Shown: in pieces, positions 37,071 to 45,993 of the stretch
Numbering within the stretch: the stretch's first letter is position 1
How the letters are laid out: each line of letters opens with the position of its first letter
Source: Candidatus Nomurabacteria bacterium
GTDB lineage: Bacteria; Patescibacteriota; Saccharimonadia; JAGOAT01
Assembly (NCBI GenBank): GCA_020639315.1
Contig: JACKGM010000002.1
Location: 94,321 to 158,320 of the forward strand
Direction: 5' to 3'
DNA length: 64,000 bases
Translations under genes and position numbers: made by a program
Notes under the pieces: model-generated
Told to the model about the DNA's origin: nothing
Database searches by the model: none
The model's input: the letters and a program-made list of their open reading frames with translations, nothing else

Positions 37071-38143
37071 TCAGTAGAAAAGCTTTTACCTACTAGCTCT
37101 AAATTGAGGCTCTGTATCACCTCCAGTAGTTGCTCAGTCACTAGCTGACGAGTCTGCAAATGTTTGACAAAGTCTCGATCCGACAAAAAATAAACCAATT
37201 TATATCCTATACCAAATTGATCAAGATTATTCAGATAGCAATCTTGATACTCAATCTCGGAGACACTTGATAATGCTTTTCTAATCTCAATTGGCAGCTT
37301 AGATCTTTTTGACTTACTAGATTGGTAGTCCAGATAAAATACCAGTTCGACTCGTCGACGGTTGAGTTTGGCATAATTGTAAAGTCGGATATTAGTCAGC
37401 TCCTTATTTGGAGCAATAATCTGTTCTCCATTGATTGATTCAATGCGGGTAGACTTGATACCAATCTTTTTTACTACACCACTATCTAGACGATCTTTTC
37501 CCAGTACCACATAGTCATCCAATTCAAATGGTCGATCAAAAATAATTGAGAAATAAGCCAAAATATCAATCAGGATAGACTGAATGCCAAATGCCAGAGC
37601 TACCCCCAAAATACCCAGAGAACCAATCAAGGCTGTCAATTCTACTCCGACATTCTGTAATACTACCAAACCAACGACAATCCAGATCACTACACTCAAG
37701 ATATGACCAATAATATTACTAATCAACCTAGCTGTACTATGCTTAAGATGTTGAGCTAGCAACCTCTCCAGGATGATATGAGAGATAATACCAATAAACT
37801 CTTTAGTCAGTAGAATGATTAGCGCTACCCAGGCTAGCTTTTGCAAGAAGTAATTTTCAGCTGGATACCTGACAATATGGGTAGCTAGAAGAAAAGCAAT
37901 ACCGATAATAATCAAGTTTTTACCCTGAATCAACCTAGTCATGAAGTAGTACTTCTCGGCCTTACTAGTCTGGTAAGCTGTAGTCAGCTTTGCTAAGAAA
38001 TAAGATTGGGCGAGCTTGAGCAGGATTATCATCAGGATAAAAATCACTGTCAGGTTTGCAATCGTCTGCCAACTTATTTGTCCAAAAATCATCCCTCTTA
38101 TGATTACATATTTATAATCTACTGTCCATAGATTTACTACCAT
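37067..38143 (-). CDS. MscS-family mechanosensitive ion channel
   Basis: Multiple TM helices followed by the MscS beta-domain pattern RPFELDDYVVLG...GVVKKIGIKSTRIESINGEQIIAPNKEL. Start uncertain. Confidence 0.7.
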   Translation of the reverse strand: MVVNLWTVDYKYVIIRGMIFGQISWQTIANLTVIFILMIILLKLAQSYFLAKLTTAYQTSKAEKYYFMTRLIQGKNLIIIGIAFLLATHIVRYPAENYFLQKLAWVALIILLTKEFIGIISHIILERLLAQHLKHSTARLISNIIGHILSVVIWIVVGLVVLQNVGVELTALIGSLGILGVALAFGIQSILIDILAYFSIIFDRPFELDDYVVLGKDRLDSGVVKKIGIKSTRIESINGEQIIAPNKELTNIRLYNYAKLNRRRVELVFYLDYQSSKSKRSKLPIEIRKALSSVSEIEYQDCYLNNLDQFGIGYKLVYFLSDRDFVKHLQTRQLVTEQLLEVIQSLNLELVGKSFSTE

Positions 38144-38168
38144 CTAATCACCCCATTATCAGGCTTTG

Positions 38169-38185
38169 TCGCGAACAGTTCGCGA
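38169..38185. promoter_or_regulatory. perfect 17-bp palindrome TCGCGAACAGTTCGCGA, copy 1
   Basis: Located in the divergent mscS/dnaE intergenic region. Extends to 19 bp (GTCGCGAACAGTTCGCGAC). Confidence 0.35.
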
Positions 38186-38213
38186 CATCTCTAATCTGGA
38201 AAGATGTCAAAAT

Positions 38214-38230
38214 TCGCGAACAGTTCGCGA
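38214..38230. promoter_or_regulatory. perfect 17-bp palindrome TCGCGAACAGTTCGCGA, copy 2
   Basis: Exact repeat 45 bp downstream of copy 1. GACATCT...AGATGTC inverted repeat lies between them. Confidence 0.35.
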
Positions 38231-38268
38231 CAATGGCAAGTCCTCTTGCAAGCACTAGCAGGGGGATA

Positions 38269-38357
38269 TATAGCAAGCTCAAAACAAAAGAACTAACTTT
38301 CTAGCTTTTTATTATTAGTAGTAGCAAATTGTCCGATTTTGTTTTTAACTTGCTATA
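38269..38357 (+). mobile_element. short (89 bp) internally deleted family 2 MITE-like element
   Basis: Same TIRs (TATAGCAAGCTCAAAACAAAAG...GATTTTGTTTTTAACTTGCTATA) with a different, shorter interior. Confidence 0.5.
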
Positions 38358-38359
38358 AT
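38351..38359 (+). promoter_or_regulatory. extended -10 (TGcTATAAT) 7 nt upstream of the dnaE ATG, formed partly by the MITE terminus
   Basis: CTTGCTATAAT-actagtt-ATG with no SD. Confidence 0.35.
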
Positions 38360-38366
38360 ACTAGTT

Positions 38367-41300
38367 ATGGCAAAAACCCCAGAGCTAGTTCACCTTCACA
38401 ATCATACCCATTATAGTATTTTGGACGGTCTACAAAAAATACCAGCCATGCTTGATCGGGTCCAAGAATTAGGACAAAAAGCTGTAGCCATCACTGACCA
38501 CGGATCAATGTCTGGGGCAATCGAATTCTACCTGGAAGCCAAAAAACGAGATATCAAGCCAATCATTGGAATCGAGACTTATATGGCTCGTAGAAGTCAT
38601 CTGGATAAATCTGGTAAACAAGATGCCAACCCCTACCACCTGATTTTGCTTGCCAAAAACTATCAAGGCTATCAAAACCTCTGCAAGCTCTCAACCATCG
38701 CTTGGCTAGATGGTTTTTACTACAAGCCAAGGATAGATAGAAAACTGCTCGAGCAATACAGTGAGGGACTAATCTGTCTCTCAGGCTGTGCTGGCGGCGA
38801 GCTAGCCAAGGCAATCGAAGCCAACGACTTTGATAAAGCAACAGAAATTGCCAAATGGTACAAGCGAGTCTTTGGCGATGATTACTATTTGGAACTTCAA
38901 GATCATGGTGACTGGGAGTTAGGCAAGATTATCAATCAAGGCAATCTAAAGCTAGCAAAAGAGCTTGGTATCAAATATGTGATCACCAAAGACTGCCACT
39001 ATACACTTAGAGAGCAAGACAAAGCCCATGATATCTTGCTCTGCATCCAGACTGCTAGCAATCTTGATGACAAGGATAGGTTTCGAATTGATCTGCCTCT
39101 TTATCTAACCAGTACCGATGAGACGATTGCTAGTACTCAATTAGAACCAGATGTTATCTTAGAAGCAATCAGACAGACTGACCAAATCGCTGATAAAGTA
39201 GATCTGGAAATCCCAATGGGTCAAATCTTGATCCCGACCTTCCCAGTACCAGACTCCGAGACCGAAGAAAGTTACCTAGAATCCTTGGTACTAGCTGGAG
39301 CGAACAGACTCTACAAGAATAACCAGTCCGATCTACCGAGTGAAGTCACTGATAGAATCAAGTTTGAGCTAGGTGTGATCAAGCGGATGGGTTATTGCGG
39401 GTATATGTTAATCGTTTGGGATCTAATCAATTGGAGTAAATCCCAGGGAATTATCACCGGTCCAGGTCGAGGGAGTGCCGCTGGTTCAATAGTTTGCTAC
39501 TGTATCGGCATCACAGATATAGATCCGCTCAAATACCAGTTGCTCTTTGAACGCTTCCTCAACCCAGAGCGAATCAGTATGCCCGATATTGATATGGATT
39601 TTCCAGATGATAGACGAGATGAAGTGATTGATTACGCTAGTCAGAAATATGGTTCTGATCGAGTAGCTCACATCGTAACCTTTGGCGTAATGGCTGCTCG
39701 CAATGCTGTCAGGGATACTGGAAGAGTACTGGGCTATGATTACAATTCGATTGATAGTATTGCCAAAAAAATTCCTGCCCCAGTCCAGGGTCGTCATATT
39801 CCACTAGCAGATTCTATCAAAAATGATCCTGAACTCAAGACCGAATACGAGACTAACCCAATTGCCAAACACGTGATTGACAATGCCCTAAATCTTGAAG
39901 GGACTATTCGCAATTCAGGAGTCCATGCTGCTGGGGTGGTGATCGCACCCGAGCCACTAGTCAAACGATTACCCTTGATGAATGCTGCCAAAGGGGTAAT
40001 CTCTACCCAATACTCGATGAATTATGTCGAAGGTCTTGGCCTACTAAAGTTTGACTTCCTAGGCCTTTCAAACCTGACTATTATTAAAAATACCTTAAGG
40101 ATTATTAAAAAAGTCTATAAAAAGGAGATTGACGCAACGAATATTCCCCTGGATGACTCTGACACTTATCGGCTTTTTCAGGAAGGCAAGACCATGGGCA
40201 TCTTCCAATTCGAATCCAGCGGTATGCGTAGCTATCTTAGACAGCTCAAGCCCACAGTCTTTGAGGATATTGTCGCAATGGTAGCCCTCTATCGACCCGG
40301 CCCTCTGGGGGGTGGTTTTACTGATCAATTCATTAGGCGCAAAAATAACCCAGACCTAATAGAGTATGGTCACCCCAAGCTCGAATCTATCCTAAAGCCA
40401 ACCTATGGAGTAGTAGTTTATCAAGAACAGGTAATGGACATCAGTAAAGTCTTATCTGGATTCAGTGGTGGTGAAGCTGATACTCTGCGTAAGGCCATGG
40501 GGAAAAAACAACGCGATACTTTGGCAAAAATGAAAGATAAATTTATCAAAGGAGCCAAGACTCATAGCCAAGTCGATGATAAATATATTAATGACTTGTG
40601 GTCTAGTCTTGAGGACTTTGCCGACTATGGCTTCAACAAGTCCCATGCTGCCAGCTATGCTTTGATCTCTATCTGGACTGCCTACTTGAAGGCTCACTAT
40701 CCAGCTGCTTTCATGGCGGCTCTAATGACCAATCACTTCGAAGAGACAGAAAAACTAACAATTGCTATCAAGGAATGTAAAGATATGGGGATTAAGATTC
40801 TTCCCCCAGATATCAATCAAAGCTACACTGAGTTTGCCATCACTCCGGACAAGCAGGCAATTCGTTTCGGCCTGATGGCGATTAAAAATGTTGGTGAAAA
40901 AAGCATTGACCAACTAATTGAGATCCGAAACCAATCTGGACAGTTTACTGACCTAGATGACTTTTTGACCAAAATCCCAACTGGCGTAATCAATAAGAAA
41001 ATCCTAGAAAGTCTAGTCAAGGTAGGGGCACTTGACTCACTAGGTGATAGGCAAATCTTGCTTGCCAATATCGAACAAATAGTCAGCTATCACTCAACCC
41101 TCCAAAAAACTATTAATTCCCAGCAAAACAGCCTGTTTGCCGGTACTGAGTCTGCCCAATCAATCCATAAGATTAGGCTGAGTCCAGCTCGAGAGATTAT
41201 CAGTGACAAGACAATACTGACTTGGGAAAAAGAACTAACCGGTCACTATATTAGCAAGCACCCCCTAGAAGAGTTTATTGAAGAAATTGAGAGTAAGACC

Positions 41301-41882
41301 CAATCCATACCAAGTCTAAATCCTAGTCAGGAGGGTCAGCTAGTAGTGGTGGCCGGTATCATAAGCTCAATCAAAAAAATTACCACAAAAAAGGGTCAAA
41401 CCATGGCAATAGTTGGCTTATCTGGAGTAGAAGATGATATCGAGGTGGTAGTATTTCCTAATAGCTATCAAGCCTATCAGGCATTGATTGAAGAAAATCA
41501 TACGGTAATAGTCAAAGCTAAAGTCAACTATCAAGACCGAGGTAGGCAGCTAGACAAACCTAAACTAATTGCTGAAAAAATCGGACAACTAGACAAAAAA
41601 ACACTTTCCAGAATCAGAGCACCAAAGCAGTCTAGCTCCAGTACTAAGGAGGATATTAGCTATAAGCCACTAGAGAAGCTAATCATTACCCTCAATCAAC
41701 CAGGCAAAAATCAGCTAATCAAGCTCAAACAGCTACTCGATCACTATCCCGGAGAGCACCCAGTCCTGTTAAAAATCCAGACTGATTACAAGATTCAACC
41801 CCTTGAATTATCAATCAAGGTATCCAAAGATCCCGAACTAATCTCAACTTTGGAGCAAGACTATAGCCTCGGGTATAACTAG
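38367..41882 (+). CDS. dnaE: DNA polymerase III alpha subunit
   Basis: 1171 aa. PHP domain HLHNHTHYSILDG, polymerase core motifs (PDIDMDF, GLLKFDFLGL) and a C-terminal OB region. Confidence 0.95.
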   Translation: MAKTPELVHLHNHTHYSILDGLQKIPAMLDRVQELGQKAVAITDHGSMSGAIEFYLEAKKRDIKPIIGIETYMARRSHLDKSGKQDANPYHLILLAKNYQGYQNLCKLSTIAWLDGFYYKPRIDRKLLEQYSEGLICLSGCAGGELAKAIEANDFDKATEIAKWYKRVFGDDYYLELQDHGDWELGKIINQGNLKLAKELGIKYVITKDCHYTLREQDKAHDILLCIQTASNLDDKDRFRIDLPLYLTSTDETIASTQLEPDVILEAIRQTDQIADKVDLEIPMGQILIPTFPVPDSETEESYLESLVLAGANRLYKNNQSDLPSEVTDRIKFELGVIKRMGYCGYMLIVWDLINWSKSQGIITGPGRGSAAGSIVCYCIGITDIDPLKYQLLFERFLNPERISMPDIDMDFPDDRRDEVIDYASQKYGSDRVAHIVTFGVMAARNAVRDTGRVLGYDYNSIDSIAKKIPAPVQGRHIPLADSIKNDPELKTEYETNPIAKHVIDNALNLEGTIRNSGVHAAGVVIAPEPLVKRLPLMNAAKGVISTQYSMNYVEGLGLLKFDFLGLSNLTIIKNTLRIIKKVYKKEIDATNIPLDDSDTYRLFQEGKTMGIFQFESSGMRSYLRQLKPTVFEDIVAMVALYRPGPLGGGFTDQFIRRKNNPDLIEYGHPKLESILKPTYGVVVYQEQVMDISKVLSGFSGGEADTLRKAMGKKQRDTLAKMKDKFIKGAKTHSQVDDKYINDLWSSLEDFADYGFNKSHAASYALISIWTAYLKAHYPAAFMAALMTNHFEETEKLTIAIKECKDMGIKILPPDINQSYTEFAITPDKQAIRFGLMAIKNVGEKSIDQLIEIRNQSGQFTDLDDFLTKIPTGVINKKILESLVKVGALDSLGDRQILLANIEQIVSYHSTLQKTINSQQNSLFAGTESAQSIHKIRLSPAREIISDKTILTWEKELTGHYISKHPLEEFIEEIESKTQSIPSLNPSQEGQLVVVAGIISSIKKITTKKGQTMAIVGLSGVEDDIEVVVFPNSYQAYQALIEENHTVIVKAKVNYQDRGRQLDKPKLIAEKIGQLDKKTLSRIRAPKQSSSSTKEDISYKPLEKLIITLNQPGKNQLIKLKQLLDHYPGEHPVLLKIQTDYKIQPLELSIKVSKDPELISTLEQDYSLGYN

Positions 41883-41884
41883 TA

Positions 41885-41996
41885 TGTCATCCTCCGAAAC
41901 CCACCCTTCTCCTGTCATCCTCCGAAACCCACCCTTCTCCTGTCATCCTCCGAAACCCACCCTTCTCCTGTCATCCTCCGAAACCCACCCTTCTCC
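41885..41996 (+). repeat. tandem array of four identical 28-bp half units (TGTCATCCTCCGAAACCCACCCTTCTCC)
   Basis: Starts 3 nt after the dnaE stop. No spacers. Followed by one complete hairpin unit at 41997-42039. Confidence 0.9.
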
Positions 41997-42047
41997 TGTC
42001 ATCCTCCGAAACCCAGAGGGTTTACGGGGGATCCAGTATCTCCGCAT

Positions 42048-42117
42048 TACCCTATTACCACATAACCTCACGGCTTCAAAGCTGCCCTTCTTGACCTCGC
42101 ATTGTTTGATGCCTTAG
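42048..42117 (+). mobile_element. truncated/degenerate MITE family 1 remnant
   Basis: TACCCTATTACCACATAACCTCACGGCTTCAAAGCTGCC matches the first ~45 bp of the 5207 copy with mismatches. Confidence 0.4.
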
Positions 42118-42126
42118 ATTGAATAG

Positions 42127-42135
42127 TGTTATAAT
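42127..42135 (+). promoter_or_regulatory. extended -10 (TGtTATAAT) 6 nt upstream of the ATG at 42142
   Basis: GTGTTATAAT-ctactt-ATG with no SD. Confidence 0.35.
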
Positions 42136-42141
42136 CTACTT

Positions 42142-43257
42142 ATGCTTAAAAAATCCAAAACCAATGACCCAATCCTCAGGATAATATCTATCCTGATTTT
42201 AATCTGTCTACTGATAATTGCTTTTTTACTAGGCAGAAACTTCCAAACTAACAATCCCAGTTCCTCATCCCAGTCTCAATCAATCACTCTAGAAGAAGAC
42301 TCGATCGTTATCGATATCGCCGAAAAAATCTCGCCAAGCGTAGTCAGTATCCAGACCTCTGCCGACAGATCAAACCTTTTTGGTGAAAGTGAGCTAACCC
42401 CAGTCGGCGCAGGCACCGGCATTGTGATCGACCAAAACGGTTTAATCCTAACTAATCGTCATGTAGTATCTGATGCTGATGAGCTAACTATCTATACGAG
42501 CGATGGAGTGTCCCACCCAGCTGAACTAATTGATATAGATAGCTTTAATGATTTGGCATTTATCCAAGCCGAAGGTGAGGGCTACACACCTGCAGAGCTA
42601 GGCTCATCAGATCAGATGAAAATTGGTCAACAAGTGATAGCGATTGGTAATGCCTTGGGACAATTTGACAATACCGTCACTACTGGAATTATTAGCGGTA
42701 AGGGTCGAGATATAGTGGCCGGGGATGGTACGGGAGCAAGCTCGGACTCATTATCAAACTTACTCCAGACTGACGCTGCAATCAACTCTGGCAATTCAGG
42801 CGGACCACTGCTAAATTACGCAGGTCAGGTGATCGGTATCAATACGGCAGTTGCTAGCTATAGTGAAAATATTGGCTTTGCAATCCCGATTGATGATGCT
42901 AAAGGCCTGGTAGAATCAATCAAAGCGCAAGGGAGGATTATCAGACCTTACCTAGGAATTCGCTACCTTAATCTTACTCCCGAACTTGCCGAACAGTATG
43001 ATCTGAATACTTCAGGTGGAGTGCTGATCAGAGGCGACGAATCAAATCCTGGGGTGCTAGCTGATAGTCCAGCTGCCAAAGCTGGCCTAGAATCAGGCGA
43101 TATTATTATCAAAGTCGATAATCAAGATATTGACCAGAATACTAATCTATCTAGTATTATTAATAGCCACAAGGTAGGAGACAAAATCAAGCTGACTATC
43201 ATTCGTGACAACGATGAGCAGGAGCTAACCGTGACTCTAGAGGAATTTGCAAGCTAA
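42142..43257 (+). CDS. htrA: HtrA/DegP-family serine protease with PDZ domain
   Basis: N-terminal TM. Catalytic triad contexts TNRHVV, DLAFIQ and GNSGGPLL. C-terminal PDZ (ADSPAAKAGLESGDIIIKVD). Confidence 0.8.
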   Translation: MLKKSKTNDPILRIISILILICLLIIAFLLGRNFQTNNPSSSSQSQSITLEEDSIVIDIAEKISPSVVSIQTSADRSNLFGESELTPVGAGTGIVIDQNGLILTNRHVVSDADELTIYTSDGVSHPAELIDIDSFNDLAFIQAEGEGYTPAELGSSDQMKIGQQVIAIGNALGQFDNTVTTGIISGKGRDIVAGDGTGASSDSLSNLLQTDAAINSGNSGGPLLNYAGQVIGINTAVASYSENIGFAIPIDDAKGLVESIKAQGRIIRPYLGIRYLNLTPELAEQYDLNTSGGVLIRGDESNPGVLADSPAAKAGLESGDIIIKVDNQDIDQNTNLSSIINSHKVGDKIKLTIIRDNDEQELTVTLEEFAS

Positions 43258-43290
43258 CAAGCTAAGTAGTTTGTATCAAATCAACTTTAG

Positions 43291-43299
43291 TGTTATAAT
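43291..43299 (+). promoter_or_regulatory. extended -10 (TGtTATAAT) 10 nt upstream of the rpmE ATG
   Basis: GTGTTATAAT-accctaagtt-ATG. Confidence 0.3.
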
Positions 43300-43309
43300 A
43301 CCCTAAGTT

Positions 43310-43633
43310 ATGAAAAAAGATATTCACCCAAAAATCCATCAAACCAAGATTCACTGTGCAGGTTGCAATACTGATCGGATTACTGAATCTGTGGTCAGTA
43401 ATATCAACATTGATGTTTGTAGCAACTGTCATCCATTTTATACTGGCACTGACAGGCTACTAGATGCCACTGGTAGAGTAGACCGCTTTAAGCAACGAGC
43501 CAGCAAATCAGAACAATTAAGACAGCAAGCCAAACCCAAACAACCCCGTACCAAATCTGAGCAACCTGATAAAACTCCAGAGTTAGCTGAATCCCCAGTC
43601 ATCGAATCAGAAGTCCAACCTGTAGAAAAATAA
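43310..43633 (+). CDS. rpmE: 50S ribosomal protein L31 (Zn-ribbon type) with a ~40-aa charged C-terminal extension
   Basis: MKKDIHPK...CAGC...[10 protein letters not shown] core, then a Q/K/P/E-rich tail. Confidence 0.85.
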   Translation: MKKDIHPKIHQTKIHCAGCNTDRITESVVSNINIDVCSNCHPFYTGTDRLLDATGRVDRFKQRASKSEQLRQQAKPKQPRTKSEQPDKTPELAESPVIESEVQPVEK

Positions 43634-44730
43634 TGCAAATCGACTACCAAGCGATAGAAGCTGCTTGGTCTTCTGATTTGGCAACCTTAAATCAACAGCT
43701 TCAGACTGCTACTGATTACAACTCCGATCAATACATTAGTAGCCTCAGGCGTCAGAAAAAACTTTCTACTAAACTCCAAACAATTCAAGATTATAATCAG
43801 CTAGTTAAAGACTTGGAAGAACTAAGCTCACTACTAGAAGATCCCGAATTTGTCGAACTAGCAAAAGAAGAGCAAGCAGAAAAATCCAAGCTAAGAACCG
43901 AGCTCAAACAAAAGCTAGAGTTAATGATTCTGCCTGAAGACCCGGATGATGATAAGTCCGTCATTCTCGAGCTTCGAGCTGGGGCAGGCGGTGACGAAGC
44001 AAGTCTATTTGCTTCAGAGCTACTACGGGGCTATGGTCGTTGGCTTGAGTCCAAGGGGCTTAGTGTCGAATTACTCTCAAGTAGCGAAAATCCAGTCGGT
44101 GGATACAAGGAAGTAGTTTGTGAGGTTAAATCCAGCCGAGACCTCGGAGCTTACAACCTTCTCAAATACGAATCTGGCGTACACCGAGTCCAAAGAGTAC
44201 CGACTACCGAATCTGGTGGCAGGATTCATACTTCGACTGTCACAGTAGCAGTCTTACCAGAAGTAGAAGAGAACGAACTGGAGATTGACCCAAATGACCT
44301 CAGAATCGATACCTATAGGTCAAGTGGACATGGAGGTCAAAGTGTAAACACGACTGACTCAGCTGTTAGGATTACCCACCTACCGAGTGGGGTAGTCGTT
44401 ACCTGCCAAGATGAGAAATCCCAACTTAAAAATAAAATCAAAGCTATGACTATCTTGCGCAGTAGACTTCAGGCTATCTGGCAAGCCGAGCAACAAGCAA
44501 AGCTAGATCAAAACAGACTAGTTCAAGTCGGTACTGGGGATAGATCTGAAAAAATTCGTACCTACAATTACCCCCAAGACCGAATCACCGATCATCGCAT
44601 TAACCAATCCTGGCACGGTTTAGAACAAATTATCAATGGAGACTTCGACAAAATATGGCAAACCCTAGATTCCGACTACCACCAGCAACGGTTAGCTCAA
44701 CTGCTCAAAGACAAGCCAGAGACTACCTAG
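43633..44730 (+). CDS. prfA: peptide chain release factor 1
   Basis: GGQ motif ([11 protein letters not shown]) and [17 protein letters not shown] with a PxT tripeptide typical of RF1. Confidence 0.9.
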   Translation: MQIDYQAIEAAWSSDLATLNQQLQTATDYNSDQYISSLRRQKKLSTKLQTIQDYNQLVKDLEELSSLLEDPEFVELAKEEQAEKSKLRTELKQKLELMILPEDPDDDKSVILELRAGAGGDEASLFASELLRGYGRWLESKGLSVELLSSSENPVGGYKEVVCEVKSSRDLGAYNLLKYESGVHRVQRVPTTESGGRIHTSTVTVAVLPEVEENELEIDPNDLRIDTYRSSGHGGQSVNTTDSAVRITHLPSGVVVTCQDEKSQLKNKIKAMTILRSRLQAIWQAEQQAKLDQNRLVQVGTGDRSEKIRTYNYPQDRITDHRINQSWHGLEQIINGDFDKIWQTLDSDYHQQRLAQLLKDKPETT

Positions 44731-45497
44731 CCAACCAAGGTATTGTGTCAGCTAGCCTCGATAGTCAGTTATTGCTAGCGCATAGTCTTGGCGTGAGCAA
44801 ATCTAGGCTAGCCACTTCAGAGGATAAATCTCTAAACAATAATCAAATCAAAAACTTTGAGATATTAATCAATCTCAGAGCAGCTAACCAACCCTTGGCA
44901 TACCTGATCCGACAGCTTGAATTTGCCAATCTAGAGTTTTTTGTAGACCCTAGAGTATTGAAACCAAGGGCAGAGACCGAAGTAATTGTCGAAAAACTAG
45001 TCAAAGAATTAGCCCAAAATAGCCGAGTCTTAGACCTTGGTACAGGCAGTGGTAATCTAGCAATTAGTCTCAAATATCATCGTCCAGATCTAAGAGTGAC
45101 TGGTAGTGACTATTCACCAGAAGCTCTAGAAGTAGCAAAAATTAACCAGATTAGACTGATTCCAGATCATAAGATCGATTGGCTAGTATCTGATATATTT
45201 GACCAGCTTCCACCTCAAAAGTTTGATGCAATCGTTGCAAACCTCCCTTACTTGCCAGATGGGATTGAGGTGATGCCAGAAACAAGCTTTGAACCAGCTG
45301 TGGCTCTATACGGAGGTAAGACTGGATTAGAACTCTACCAAAAAATGTTTGATGGTATTACTGAGTACCTTAATCCAGGGGCCAAAGTGTGGGTAGAATC
45401 AGATCGCTGGCAACAACCAACTCTTGAACTTTTGGCTCAACCAAGCAAGCTAGAAGTTTATTACCAAGATTATTTTATTACTGGATTTAGATATTAA
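44655..45497 (+). CDS. prmC: release factor glutamine-N5 methyltransferase PrmC/HemK
   Basis: SAM motif [13 protein letters not shown] and NLPY (NPPY-like). The only ATG gives a 76-nt overlap with prfA, so the start is uncertain. Confidence 0.7.
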   Translation: MANPRFRLPPATVSSTAQRQARDYLANQGIVSASLDSQLLLAHSLGVSKSRLATSEDKSLNNNQIKNFEILINLRAANQPLAYLIRQLEFANLEFFVDPRVLKPRAETEVIVEKLVKELAQNSRVLDLGTGSGNLAISLKYHRPDLRVTGSDYSPEALEVAKINQIRLIPDHKIDWLVSDIFDQLPPQKFDAIVANLPYLPDGIEVMPETSFEPAVALYGGKTGLELYQKMFDGITEYLNPGAKVWVESDRWQQPTLELLAQPSKLEVYYQDYFITGFRY

Positions 45498-45783
45498 ATT
45501 GGCTAAACCCCAAAGCCTCTAGATTTTTGATCAAATACTGATTCCAGTCTGTAAACCCCTGTCCCTCAAGCACTGGACAGAATTGATTGAGCTGACTAAG
45601 CTGGCTATTGACACTTCCAGCATACATCTTGGCTTCTTCTTTGTTTTTGCCAAGCATCAGATCTACTATGCACTCAAGTGACAAAACCAAATCCTCGATC
45701 AGAATTGATTTGGCGTTTTTATACATCGGTAGTGACTGCTCGGGAATCACGACATTCCCTGATATTAATTTAAATCCTGACAT
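45487..45783 (-). CDS. hypothetical protein
   Basis: 98-aa ORF preceded by a strong SD (AGGAGGGATAATG). No motifs recognised. Confidence 0.45.
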   Translation of the reverse strand: MSGFKLISGNVVIPEQSLPMYKNAKSILIEDLVLSLECIVDLMLGKNKEEAKMYAGSVNSQLSQLNQFCPVLEGQGFTDWNQYLIKNLEALGFSQFNI

Positions 45784-45977
45784 TATCCCTCCTAGTATTA
45801 TTTACCCTAGTGCCCAGACACCAAAAAGGACACTTACTTCGACTTGCCTATTTCACAACAAGTAATACTAGATCAATGTTGTAGTGTCTATGTAAGTGTC
45901 CTTACTGCGATCTAATATACTTTTTTGTGAAATAGGCTACTTAGCATCATAACATATTTTGTATTTTTATTCTTTTG

Positions 45978-45986
45978 TGTTAAAAT
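45978..45986 (+). promoter_or_regulatory. extended -10-like TGtTAAAAT 7 nt upstream of the rpsB ATG
   Basis: TGTTAAAAT-tacagct-ATG with no SD. Confidence 0.3.
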
Positions 45987-45993
45987 TACAGCT

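Noticed and set aside
38169-38230. Palindromes as LexA (Cheo/SOS) boxes upstream of dnaE
   Set aside because: The half-site spacing is GAAC-N1-GTTC, not the GAAC-N4-GTTC of known Gram-positive SOS boxes. No lexA is visible, so only a generic operator hypothesis was retained.
41885-41996. 28-bp direct repeats that could be mistaken for a CRISPR array
   Set aside because: The repeats are contiguous with no spacers and match the 5' arm of the dispersed hairpin family. No cas genes are nearby.
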